DNA of 55,849 bases, counting the filler, from Platydemus manokwari (lineage: Eukaryota): NCBI GenBank assembly GCA_037951405.1. It is 4 parts of 4 records of this genome, joined end to end, with 100 filler letters (N's around TTAATTAATTAA, not from the genome) between each part and the next. Parts side by side here need not be neighbours in the genome. Positions count along the whole stretch, not along the records: positions 1 to 18,956 come from JBBMOY010155565.1; 3 more parts are not named here. One strand, written 5' to 3'. Positions within the stretch are counted from its first letter, which is position 1; every line of letters begins with the position of its first letter. A program made the position numbers and the translations under genes. Of the stretch, positions 1 through 12,701 are shown piece after piece. The notes under the pieces are model-generated. The model made no database searches and was not told the DNA's origin. It was given only the letters and a program-made list of their open reading frames with translations.

Positions 1-1380
1 CTAATTTGCTTTGATTAAATCTTATTAAAATATATAAAATCATTTTTTTAAATATTTTTAATTTCACAACAAAATAATGAAAATAAAACCATTTTTTAAA
101 TATAATCTTTTATAAATAAAGATCGATGATACTGGGCTCGACATATATGAACTAATTTTTCAACTAATTTTAAATATTGAAAATTGAAGTGCAGTGCAAT
201 TTACAATAGATTTAAATAGATCTTATTTCACATTTATAGATTTACAACTGTGAATGCACATCCAGTATTATTTATAAATGTTGTGCATTCTAAAATTGTT
301 TTTCACAAAGAATTCAAATAAAAAATTATCATTTATAAAAAGTTTGAAAAATTTAATTGAAATTACTTTTAATATAATTTTATTTATTGAATTTAGAAGA
401 TAAAATTTTGTAAAATTAATGTATTGGATACAAAATAAAAGTACACAAGTGAATTTGGCTAGAATAAATAATCATAAAGTACATCTGCTGCTTATAATTA
501 TCATTATCTTTATAACATACAATGTTATTAAAAAAGCTTTTTATAAATATCAACGCAGTAGAATTAAACCACACTATTGAGTTGGAATCCACGTCGTCAA
601 TGTTAAAAACCTTCATTATTATCAAACTTCAGTTTTAAATTCCCCAAGCAATGTCAACATCAGGCAACTCTATCATAAAATTATGAATTATGCTGTTACA
701 GATATTTTAGATCGATAATAGATGAATGAACGTGAAACAATGTGGTCATTGGTTATTAGTTAATTTATATTTCATTTATTATTCACGATGTAGTTATGAT
801 TATTTATTGCAAAATATTTCAATTTCAAAATACAGTCCCATGAAATTACTGCCATTGTTATGGCAAACAATGCACGATAAAATTCTCTCCAAAATTGGAT
901 GATAGTTTGACAATGAAATAAATTATTTGTTTGTGGCAACCAGTGGATAATTTTGAAAATTACTTGAATGTTTAATGTTATTTAATAAAAAAATTTGAAT
1001 TTCTTATTTAATTCATAAAGAATGATGTAATACACTGCCAAAAAATGTAATGTTAAAATTTTTAGGAAATACTCCATAACAATATTTATAGAATTACAAT
1101 AAAATTGTCAGGTGCTCTAGAATTTAGAAAATTTAACAGGTGATGCTTTTTCATAAAAACAATCACCTAGGATGTGCTTTAATCTAAATAAAAAATATTT
1201 CACACTACGTGGATTATCCTAATCAACTTCCTCTAAAGTGTACAAAAAAATGTTCTGCAACAAATAAATAAAAAAACTATAAAATGATAAAAAATGTTAT
1301 GAAAATAAAATTAAATATTTAAAAAATTTACTATTATTACAAAATGTTGATATGTTGTTTGCTTGTAAATTCCATTTAAA

Positions 1381-1780
1381 AATTCTGACGTTCGATTAGC
1401 TGGTGTATTCCCCAATACACACAAATTGTGTCTACGGAAAATAAGGATTCCAATAGTTTGGAACAACAAAATTCTAGTAAAAGAGATCATTGTAGTAAAA
1501 GAAATATCACCAGGATTTATCGGAGAAGTTGATATGATGAAGACTTGTGGAATATTCCTTGGAGGGATAAAATCAATTGATGCCAAGGATATGGAAATGA
1601 AATACAGCCGCCAAGACAGAATCGAAATGGCACTGAAGATATTGCTGATAAGAACGATATTTCATTGAATTGGTGTATAAAAGAAAATGGCTCAATTTTT
1701 GTGGCTTCTCTGCTTGATTTGGGACTAACAGATTTAGTGAACACGAGATCCATACAAAGGCGGAACCTATTGCTCTCATT
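1381..1780 (+). mobile_element. Decayed Ty3/gypsy LTR-retrotransposon pol fragment (protease C-half plus protease-RT linker)
   Basis: Reads ...KIRIPIVWNNKILVKEIIVVKEISPGFIGEVDMMKTCGIFL (retropepsin-like C-half), then IFVASLLDLGLTDLV and, after a 1-nt frameshift, EHEIHTKAEPI. This matches the gypsy DLG-T-LVEH-I-T---PI linker. Frameshifted and truncated. Confidence 0.6.
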
Positions 1781-3276
1781 TATCTTTGATATATTTATTT
1801 CTATAGTACCTTATTCAAAAATTTTCCAAAGACTGCCTTTAATCTTTACCACATAATCATATAGTTTCTGTGGAAAATCTTTAATTGATTATAATAACTG
1901 ATCTATATTAATTGCATCTTCCACTATTTTTGATGATTGATCTTCAATAAACCCTATTATAATATAATTATATTCATATGCATTATGATTTATATTTTGC
2001 AAAATAATCTTATTACTAATTTAAAATTAAATATTTGAGTAATTATTTATGGATTTTAAAATTTCATGAGATTCTTCAGTAACAAGAGAAATTTATTTTC
2101 AGTTCGTTGAGATCTTTAATTAATATTATGATATTTTATATATGTTTTGGAATTTCTTTAATATTTATTGACTTTACTTCATTGTCTCTGGCAGATAAAC
2201 TTTTTGTACTGTATGAAACTGAGATACATACATTTACAATTTCATCATATGTTTTTTAGATTTTTCCTAATTTAACGCCTAAATGGTTTTAAAAATTGAG
2301 TCTCAAATTTTGCAATTTCATTTTTAAGATTTATTTTTTATTGGTTTTGATTTTATGGTTTGTTCTAGTTTTTGTGAATTTCTAATTTTTTTAATTTTAA
2401 AAAAGTGTTTTATTCAATATGAAATCATGTAGTAATTAGAGTCATACCTTTTGAATCTAATACTCAAATACGAGCAAGCAAAAGCAAATAATGTTTATAT
2501 TAAATTATACACGAAAATAGATTACATTTAAATTGGGTCAAAGGATCATCTTTCTTAACTTAAGCCGAAACTTTTAACTGACTAATTATAACGAATTTTA
2601 AATTTTAAATGAGGTATCTATGATTAAAAATATGAATATCCCTTATTTTCCACATAACAAGAATTTTCTAATTAACTCTATTTTAAGTGTTAGTGGCTTT
2701 TACATGAGCACGTGGATTCTAAAGCCAATTGCTTCTTTTAGAATACTTTTGGTAATCCTTTGTTTTACAATTATTTTAATATGAATTGAGTAAATTTAAT
2801 TAGAAAGTGTTGTTTTAATGTTACTTAATGATATTTATGTCACTAAATAAATCTTGTTCATTCTGCAGTAACGAAGTTTTTTTTCATTATTTCCCATCTT
2901 AACGAGCTATCCGAAATTGACTACATATTCCATATTCAAAATAGTTGTTATTCAGAAATTAAATTATTCTTACCTTTAGATCTCTTTGGTTTATCTTTTC
3001 AATTACTCCATAATTATTTACGCGAGTCAAAATGAAAATCTGTTTTACTTGTTATTTAGAGAAAATGATTTTATCAAATCAAAATCACGATTATCAAATA
3101 AAATTAAGGATTGTTAAACAGAATAAGAAATTTCATTAACAAACATTACCACCGAACAAGTTGTTAACCAATTTTTTAAAAGAATGAATTCATAAAAACC
3201 AGGTAATAAAAATAATATATTTATGTACATTTTATTTAACATTACAAATATGGCAAAATAGAAAGACAAATAATTA

Positions 3277-6200
3277 TCAATAATCCTTTTTCTCTTTTTT
3301 TATTTTTTTCACTTTTTTATGTTTATGTTTCTTGTGTTTTCTTTTTCTTTTATTATCATCATCATTATCAGAATTATCTCTGTGTTTGGATCTAAGTACC
3401 GGTTAAAATATATTATAAAGTTAATTATTACTTTTTGGATTTCTTTTCTTTCCCGAGAACTCTGTTTGATATATCGTTATAGCTGAATTGGTCTGACTCC
3501 ACTACAGAATCAAAATTAGAACACTTATCATTACGAAGGATAATATCTCGTTTCGACTCTAGCGGCTCTGAATGGCGATTATTATCTCTTATACAACTAG
3601 TTTGATGCTTTGAAATGTTTGTTCTTTGATTGTCTACAAGGCGGTCTTTCGAAATTTTCGGTACACTCCTGCTACGAGTAGATCGACGCGAAACCCGTGG
3701 CTTACACATTATTTCATCATCTTCAAGTTTAATTTTCGATGTTGCTCTAACTTTATGATTACCGGTTCTAAATTCCGATGCATAATGTTGTCTGGAAGAA
3801 TTATCATCATGTTTATTATCGTTTGCAGACTCTCGCTTATCCTCGGGATTAACAGTCAAATATCTAAATTAAGCAACAAATAAAATTGTTACATATCATA
3901 ATTAAAATGTGTACTTGAGAAATGTATTGATTGAATCTTCCATTAATTTCGGATCAATTGTCTTAATATCCTGATTTGGACCATCTCCCTTATAAACACC
4001 CCGTTCTTTCGGAGATTGATAATTAGATCGCCTATGTCGAGATCTAGAGTCTCTTTCCACATATCTATCTTTGCTATCATGTCTTTTAGTTTCTTTAGGA
4101 AGTACTTTGTATTGCCTTGATAAACCATATTTTTTATCATATTTATCTTTGTAATCATGATATTTAGATCGTGATTTATATTTTCTTTTCGGTGATTGGC
4201 TACCTGAGGGTGATCTTGAGCTTCCTCCTTCTCTATATCTGAGCTTCATTCTAAATATTGTCATAATAATGTAAATTTACCATAAAAACTACTTTTCTGC
4301 TCTTAGTCTACGTTGTCGTTCATAGAATTCTTCTTTAGTCAATATTCGAGATTGGTTTATTGGATGTGGTGGTGGTATATTAATTCCATTATTTATCCAA
4401 TTTGAAGAATTTGTTGTTGGATTAATCGTTGCTCCAAACATTGATTGTAAAGACATGTTGTTATACATAATAGGCCATTGAAGAGGCTCCATTGTATTCA
4501 TTGGTATGGGATTGTTAAGAAATTGTTGCTGGACAGAAGTAACAAGTTGAGTTGTAGTGGGAAAATGAGTGAGTAGTTGTGATGTAACATCAACACTAGG
4601 ATTCATAATTGTACTGAATGTCTGATGCATATTAGACAAGTCGTCGTGCACACTCATATGACCGTTCATATTATCCATTCTTGCACAATGTGAGGATGAG
4701 TTAACTTTCCCAGACTCATTTTTTCGATCAGTTGAATTTTTGATTCCATTGTCTGTTCTTTTTGAAATGATTTCAATTTTCAAATTCTGATCGCAATTAT
4801 TCTTGCCATCGCTACTTTTTTCCAATCCTTGTTTTTCAAGCAAACTTTCTTTAGTAATAACACTTTCAAAATCTTGTACTTTTTCGAATATTAAGTCATT
4901 GACATCGACATCATTGAAATTGCTGACAACCTTTTCACTTTTGATATCCGTAATATTGCTTTCATTTGGTTTCAGAATATTTAAATTGTTTACTAAATCG
5001 AGTTTACTATCTAAATTTATATTGCTCTGAATATCTGGTGTTGATGGTTTGATATTATTAGGAGAATCATTTCTAAGCTGATTTGATGTTTTCGGTTTCA
5101 AAACTCGCCTATTATTAACAAAAACCTACGTAGATAAATCGATCATATTGTAATATATAACACTTTAATAAACAAAACCTTTTCAGTTTCTGTTTTCGTT
5201 ATCAAGTTCTCCACGTCCGGATTTGCAGATTCAAATTTCATATCGGGAGATTTACTAGAATCCTAAATAGCAAAGAATATTATAATAGTTATAAATTGAA
5301 TAAAACCGCCTGATCATATCGACTACATCACACATGGCACATTTTATATCGGAATAATTCACTCAATATTCACCAATATCCAGACAGTTTTTTTATTATA
5401 TTTATACATTTATTCACACACTCTAACCCATCAATCAAGTGAACACAACAATATATAAAACACGAAAGATAATTAATAACAATAAATCAACGTGTATTTT
5501 TATCACGTATTAACACGATGAAATCCCAAACATAAATACATGGATAAAACCTGCATATAATCCAACACATTATACGACTGGTAGAAAAGATAAAAATATA
5601 TTTGTAGACAAAATAATAATATCAAATCTTCACAATAAAATGATAATAAAATAACTCTTGAATAGAAAAAATACTAGACGCAACGCATAAGAAATACCAA
5701 ATTCATTAATCTAAAAACGATTTCACAACCGAAAACCTGGTTTCATTTGCTTAAATTAAAACTAATCAAAAAACTGGTTGCGTGAAGTATTGAAAAGAAA
5801 TTCTAAATGCACAATTTACTTCATTAAGTTCAGTTTTTTTATTGGAAGAATGGTTTAGAGTAGTAACGCAACTATCGACAATTTCTTTCGTTAACATGTT
5901 TGCTTTCCAACACTGGATCAGTTGACGCAAGAGCTCATGTTCATTTAAAGACGTGTGATGTTCTATAAGTGAATGGCAGTTGGGACATTTTCTTGAACCA
6001 TTAACGTCAGGATCGTACAAAAAATCAGTTATACATTTTTCACAATAAACCGATGAGCAACAAGGTGTACAAGTCGGATTTTCAAGTAATTTCGAACAAA
6101 GAGGACATTTAATTTTAGAAGGAAATTCTTGGTTTTTCGGAACGTACGGTGGATTTTCATCAATTGAGAATGGCCGTTTCTCTTTTTTACCCATTGCATA

Positions 6201-7770
6201 AGCCTCACTAAAAAGATTATTGATCATTATTAATAAAAAATTAATTATATCGTACGCATCTTTAATGGGAACCATATATTTGCCCTCTTTTGTAAGATAT
6301 GCCCCAGGTGTCCCAGGAGAAACTTCTAATAAAAAGTCTTGTGGTATTCCAGTTGGCCGTTTAACGGACTTAAAATCAAGTAATCGACCATCTTTATCAC
6401 GTAATCCTGGACATTCATGAATCCAATGACCACCTTGATGGCATTTATTGCAAACGTATGAAGCTGGAGGTATTCCATATGGTTTTGATTTGACAAGGAA
6501 ACTGAAATAATCATCATTTTATTACTATAATTAATTTTAAATTAAATTTTTCAGTTAATCTATTATTGAAATCTATAAAATTATTGAGCAAAACTGGTGC
6601 TTAAAATGGAAATCACAACAGCTCATTTTATCCGACAATAAACGATTGGAAATGTTTTTGTTAAAAAAAAGGTGATACATAGTTATGTCATCATTATTTT
6701 GTAACGCTTATCTTTTTACTCTAATACTGAATAGAAAATTTAATTCAACAGGGCATGTTAGTATTGAGATTTTCAACGTTATGCGTACTGGAATATTTAT
6801 AGGCTGTAAATGAAGTGAATTTCGATTAGGCGTTAAGGATAACGTTTCATAAAAAGTAATTATAATATTTTTTTTATTAAATGTTCACAACGTCGATACT
6901 TAATCAAATCAAATTAACTATTAAAAAAACCAACGTCTTCCAACAAAATTCTTTGCAAAGATCAAAATTATAAGTCTTTTCCTTAATATTTTAAAGTCAA
7001 ATAATCTGTATCAAAATTATGAAAATCTAAAACATAATTGACCAATTATGTAATCAGATTGAATGAACACCAAACTTAATAAAAATGCAATCATTAATAC
7101 TGGACTTATAATCATTTATTAACATGACAATAACTTTCTAATATTTATAAATCAAAATTTTACTTTTTTTCAGAGTATTCTTCAGAGCACCGTTTAGCCA
7201 TTATATCAATTTTTTCATCATCTGGAATATTAGACTTTGCTAAATTGATCGACTAAAATTAATTTAAAATTAATATGTAGAATTTGAACCTTACATTGCT
7301 ATATGGATTAATTTTTGGTAACGAATTGATCTAAACATATAAAATAAATCAAGTAAATCTCTAGAAATTTGTTACAGCTTTGTATGGATCTCTACGTGTC
7401 ATATCCTCTGGATTTCTAATTAAAAAATTAATTCCATTTATACTGGGGAAATAATTTTACGCAATCTTTTTTCTGGGAAGGTCATTTGCTTTCGGTAGAC
7501 GTCGAACAATTAAGTCACTAAATTTTGGAATTAAATCATCCTCTTTTGAATATTCTATTAATTTAAATTATGTCAAGTTTCGAAATAAAATTAATTTTAT
7601 AAACCTTTCCCTTGTTTATCAAGAATTTGCAATTCAAAATCTGTTGATTTTAATCCACATGATAATCTGATAGCACTTCTGAGATCTTTGACAGATATAG
7701 CTGACCCATCAAAAGGTATAGTATATTGTTTGATAGAAGCTTTGAATTTAAAATATACGGCCGAAGACAT
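3277..7770 (-). CDS. RBBP6: E3 ubiquitin ligase / cleavage-polyadenylation factor RBBP6 (Mpe1 orthologue), 12 exons
   Basis: GT-AG, phase-consistent exons: 7605-7770, 7461-7554, 7376-7415, 7295-7330, 7164-7252, 6256-6501, 5820-6207, 5179-5262, 4293-5125, 3915-4250, 3432-3863, 3277-3391. DWNN domain MSSAVYFKFKASIKQYTIPFDGSAISVKDL...LIPKFSDLIVRRLP; CCHC knuckle CNKCHQGGHWIHEC; KRPTGIP; RING CPLC...PCC...CEKC...CPNC; LTKEEFYERQRRL; RS-rich region; K/H-rich C-terminus HKKHKHKK...DY-stop. Confidence 0.95.
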
Positions 7771-8400
7771 ACAATTTTATAAAAAATCAATTAAATATTT
7801 TTTATTAATGGCGACGTATTTGTGTACCTAACTTCAACAAAACAAAAACATAAACATAATATTATGAAAACAAATTGTGGATATCCGGTTTACGTAAAAT
7901 TAATTAATATCATTGAAAGGCGATATTTATTTGATTTCATTATATTTATGTATAACTTATGAGCATTAAAGTTCAAATTAAAATTTTTAATTTTTTCTTA
8001 AGAAATGAAATTTTAAATTTTAAACTTTAAATCTTTTTAAAATAATTATTTTTAGAGAAATGTTACTTCAATTTAAATATTAATTTTCATAAATCCGTAC
8101 TTTATATTATGTTTATATATTCGTTTACAGACTCAATAGTAATTTGCAAAAGACATTTTAATTTCAAATTTTGTGAAATTATAATTTAAAATTTTCCCCA
8201 TGAAACTTCTTTGGTTAAATCTTAATGTTCAGACTTTTTAAAAGATTAAATGAGAAAATAAAATGTTTTCTTAGTTTTATTTTTAAAATGATTAAAATAA
8301 CCCTCCATACACAGTATATTTTAAAATTACACAATTTTCTTTGCTAATTTTTAGTTAGTACACTGATGATCATTTTAATTTAACTACGAAATGTCTAAAT

Positions 8401-10468
8401 CAGTGGTCTTCAGACTTTTTGTGTTGTAACCCACTTTAGGAGTCCAAATTTTTTCGCGAACCCTAGAGACTAAAATAAAAAAAAGTTAATTTTTTTAACA
8501 CAAAAATTTTAAAATATATTTCATAATCACAACGATTTTACATATTCTGGCATAAAACATCAAATCTTGGCTCTATTTCGGTAATATCTTGTCTCAGTAC
8601 TAATTTCAGATCTTTAAAATTCAATCGATACTTTGTCGCTGTCAAAAATAATTTTTCACACAAATAAGCAAAGGCACAAGGAAGAAGAGAAAGCATGGCT
8701 AGTTCCAACGATAGTAGACATTCTGTTTTTACATTAACCCAAAAGGATATTAAGTTTACTTTTGAAAAATTATTTTCAAGCTCTATACACTGTAGAGTTC
8801 TGAAAACTGTTCTTGAGCTTAAAGTGAGAGATGATTCACATTTTCTGTCCCAACATCAAATGGTTTATAAACCCACGGGAATTGATTAGTATTTAAGACC
8901 TGACAAGTGGTAGATTACCACTAACTTCATTACATCAAAATCTAGCTTATATTCTTGGATGAAATCCTTCATGCATGTAAACATTTCGTATGAGGAAATA
9001 TCAACCTTACCTATTCATATGCTTATTTTCCACGAATTCTTCAGCTTTTGAAATCAATTTGAAATCAATTTGATCTTTCTCCTTGTAAAGACAATTTAAA
9101 TCATTCAATTTTTTTCAAAATATCTGACAAATAACAAAGATTACATAACCAGTTTTATCTTGAAAGAATTCACCAATTCCGAATTACTTTCCAACATAAA
9201 ATGAATTACTTCATTCTTTAATGAAATCAGTCTTTTGAAAGCTTTGCCTCATGATAACCATCTTAGTTCAATATAGTGCAAAAGAGAGCTAAACTCTGAA
9301 TCCATTTCTTTACATAAGATGACAAAAGAAGGGTATTAATGGCATGACTTTTTATAAAATTTTTATGGGATTTTTTGCCGTCAATGCTTCGCAATGAATT
9401 ATGCAGTGTGTAAAAGTAATGTGTCTAGCATTAAGTAATTCTACTTTAACATGAAAGCCGACATTTTCCCTAACATTGCCGTTACTCCGTTATTACGAAA
9501 ATCCTCATGAATATCATTGTTAAAGCAATTTCTGACATATCCTAATAAATGCGCTTTACCTGAAAAATTAGTAGTCTCATCAATTTGAATCGCGTATTAT
9601 GAACTATCCTTTATTCTAATAATAAACTGTTCAAATTGATCTTTGCTAATATCTAAAATTCGTCTACTAACTGTTGAATAAGATAAAGGATTTTTTTCAA
9701 TTCATCTGCAAATTTGTGGCCATGAGTAATTTCGGTCATTTTAACAGCTACTGGTAAGACAAGTTCTTCATCAATTGTGAATTTCAATTAAGTAAGAGGC
9801 TTCATAATATATTTGTAAATACATAGGATTTTTCTGTAAATGTTTTCCCATTGATAACTATTGACTTTTTGCCGAGTTTAATATCCTTTTAAAATACACC
9901 AGCGGCTTTTCTACATGAAAAGGTGCTTCGTAGTTAAATGTCTCTTTAACTTGATAGGTTTCATACTTTCAATTGCAAGACTTTCATTACAAATTAAACA
10001 AATTAGTCGATCTTCAAAATTGATGCACGTATATGTAAACCCATATTGTAAATAACTTTCATTATATTTCCTCTTCTTTTCATAAGAATGATTGGTTTTT
10101 GTCTTTTCCATAATACCATTTGGTTGCTCAGTTAAAGTTGGATCATTTGAACTAGAATTGATTGATGAATTACAATTTCTTGATTTGAAATACTTATCCA
10201 TAATAAGGAGTTTTAAAAATTAATTAATATTATAAATCTTAAAAATTTTTAGTGTTTAAAATTATTAATTCGTTTATTAGAACATAGTCTTGTTGAGACT
10301 GTTTTTTGCATTAAGAAAAAATTTGTCGTTTAATAATATCAATAAAATAAAAGAATAATTGTATTAAAAATTATTTAAAATTAGACTTCTCATATTTAAA
10401 AAATAATTTCTTACGAATACTATGCTATAACTTTGAAATTTCTCACGACCCTCTTTTGATAAACACTT
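8401..10468 (-). mobile_element. Decayed hAT (Buster/Charlie, ZBED5/FAM200-like) DNA transposon with pseudogenised transposase
   Basis: ORF 9911-10201 carries the Buster BED finger (KKRKYNESYLQYGF...CLIC...SMKPIKLKRHLTTKH). Stop- and frameshift-riddled core, with a dimerisation remnant (LLPCAFAYLCE) near 8650-8700. Terminus CAGTGGTCTTCAGACTTTTT at 8401 is preceded by gtcTAaat (nnnTAnnn target). The other end near 10440-10468 is degenerate and its boundary approximate. Confidence 0.85.
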
Positions 10469-11449
10469 CGAATATCAATAAGTTACTTTCTATTTTAAAT
10501 TATTTTTTAAAGTTTTTGGTTACCTATTGTAGTCGTATTTTGGTTTAAAACTATGTTTTTACAATTTGTAAATAACAGTGACAATCATTTTGATTACAAC
10601 AATTCATTATATAATTTTTAATATTAGTATTTTCATCGCGATTAATTATTTGTACATGAAAAATTTTATTTTTATAAAATATGTAAAATGTTTGTATTTT
10701 ATGATTAAAAAAGAATTAATTGTGTTCAAAATGTTTTAAATATTTTATGATCAAAGCCATGTTATAAAATAATATTTAATAAAAACTTCACTGCAAAAGA
10801 ATAATAAACTTAAAAGCATTAAAAAATATTCTCACAATATGTTCCTTCTCATAAATTTAATGACTGAAAAGTGAAGATTTAATTCATGCGGTCAAAATCC
10901 CTGAACATCTATTAAAGTAAAATTTTGAAGAATGTGCGAATAATCACTGAGATTATTTCTGTCTAAAATCATTTTTGTCAGAACAATACATATGAGCACA
11001 GTCAAACAATGCTTATGGCTCATTTGCTAAGAAACCACTAAGCAGCTATGATTCGAATTTTTTTTCATATTTCGTATATATTTTCCATTTTATATTCGGT
11101 CGCATCTCAATAATACGAAGGGACAAGTGAATTATAGTCTTGCGAAACAATACCTATATTGTATATTTATATTTGTGTTAATTCAATATATCGTATAAAC
11201 CTTATTTTGTCATCATTATTGTCAAATATTTCAGTGTTAATAGTTTTGTTACAATGAAACTTTCATTCAGCAGCTTCTAAAACATCACCTCATTTCTTTA
11301 CATCCAATATTTGTCTTGGTATTAAATGTTTATATTGTAAAGATATTTTCGATATTTAATACAGAAGCGATGTTGAATCAAGTTATATTGTAAAGATTTT
11401 AATAGTATAGGTAATAATAGTTGAAGTTATAAGCAAGTAGTATTTAAGG

Positions 11450-12450
11450 TCATTCTACTTGTCTTTATATAAGTAACGGAATAGGTGAAAAAGGAACAAC
11501 ACGGATAGGTATTTTATGCCAGTAGCATAAATTTAGAATTAAGTTTGAAATTGATAAAGACATTAATAATGTCAATTGATAAAAATCATCTATTAATTAA
11601 TATAACAAGACTGATAACACAAAGGCAATTGGCCCAATTATAACGTCTACATATCCTTTATATATGATGGAATTTTTTATTGCAATAAATATAAATGATT
11701 TATGAAAATGGAAGAATAACTGCATATAGTTTTTTATTTAGTTCTGATATTATAATCAAATTGCTCAAAAAATCCGTTATGACATAACCTAATGATATTT
11801 ATTGAAACAGTACATAAAAAATTGCAAAACTTTATTACAAAGACAGGTAAAATTCGCCGCTCATCAAGCAGCAAATAGGACAAGAGAAATAAAAAAGTTC
11901 TGGTTTGAGACCTCCACGAATTAGGAAAATCTTATCTGATTTTAAAGTCAGTAAAAATGATTTTGATCATATAGTTTTTTAGCCTGGTTTTCTCAAGAAC
12001 GAGATTAAATTGTTTTTTGACCTTATGAAAAAAGTAGAAATAAGTCGACCGCAATCAACAAATATTTATTCAAGCAACTAGAATCCCAAACAACCAGTCA
12101 AACATTCAAAAACTTAAGAAAGTCCAAGTTCTTGGCATATGTGGCAGTCCGATTACCCTCACCTGATCGCTACTGCCTGGCTCATAAGGGTAGTTACTCA
12201 GGAGGCTCTCTCAATTAAACTTGTATGTTAAAAACACATAGGATTTGGGGGATAAAATACCCTGGCCATAATTACCTCATCACCACGGAGATCGTATAGT
12301 TTGTTCTGACTAAAACCAAAGGGTTAGTGGAAGAGTCAGAACCTAGTCTATACCAGACTAGTTGACGGAGTTCTGATAAGAATAAACACTAGGGACCAAT
12401 GTGGTAAGTCTTGGATCGCTTTTAAAGTGTTTTATGATGCTGTTAAATAA
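11450..12450 (+). mobile_element. Possible 3' fragment of an RLE-clade (R2/NeSL-like) non-LTR retrotransposon with a structured 3' region
   Basis: Broken reading gives SDIIIK...YDIT (PD..D-like), a Y-I-K-I segment and I-G-T-R-like residues in the expected order, followed by a more GC-rich stretch with perfect hairpins. Heavily decayed. Confidence 0.3.
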
Positions 12451-12559
12451 ATAGTTTGTGATGCTGATTAAACTACTTCTGTTCACAATTACATTGACTA
12501 CTATAGCTAAGTATTTTATAGTCAGTTTAATTATCTGATAACCGTATTATTATAAATAA

Positions 12560-12701
12560 ATACTTACTTGTAAATCAAATTGGTTTTATTAAATATGGCG
12601 AGTTATGACTTATTTTTTAGTAATATAGATTTTCTTTGGGTCGCCAAGATCTTAAAGATGGAAAAATGAGTTGCCATAGAAAAAAAGGTTGAGAAACGCT
12701 G
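12560..12701 (+). mobile_element. Solo 3' terminus of a hAT/Charlie-type element
   Basis: gggtcgcc...aaaaaaggttgagaaacgctg is the characteristic Charlie 3' subterminal plus TIR. No matching target duplication with the 8401 end. Confidence 0.55.

Noticed and set aside
416-960. Possible FLYWCH/MULE remnant (and possible transposase remnants at 15340-16200 and 39290-39640)
   Set aside because: Only scattered residues resemble motifs, which is not enough to call.
3626-6420. Plus-strand ORFs 3626-3883, 4803-5030 and 6220-6420 (likewise 16464-16739, 26681-26920, 27389-27670)
   Set aside because: They are antisense shadows of real RBBP6, ASNS and CCDC181 exons.
12590-12610. LTR end plus primer-binding site (tggcga)
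   Set aside because: Better explained as the hAT subterminal region, and no paired LTR was found.
8401-12701. A single 4.3-kb hAT bounded by 8401 and 12701
   Set aside because: Both ends look like 3' termini, the TIRs match only about 14/20, and the flanking 8-mers differ.
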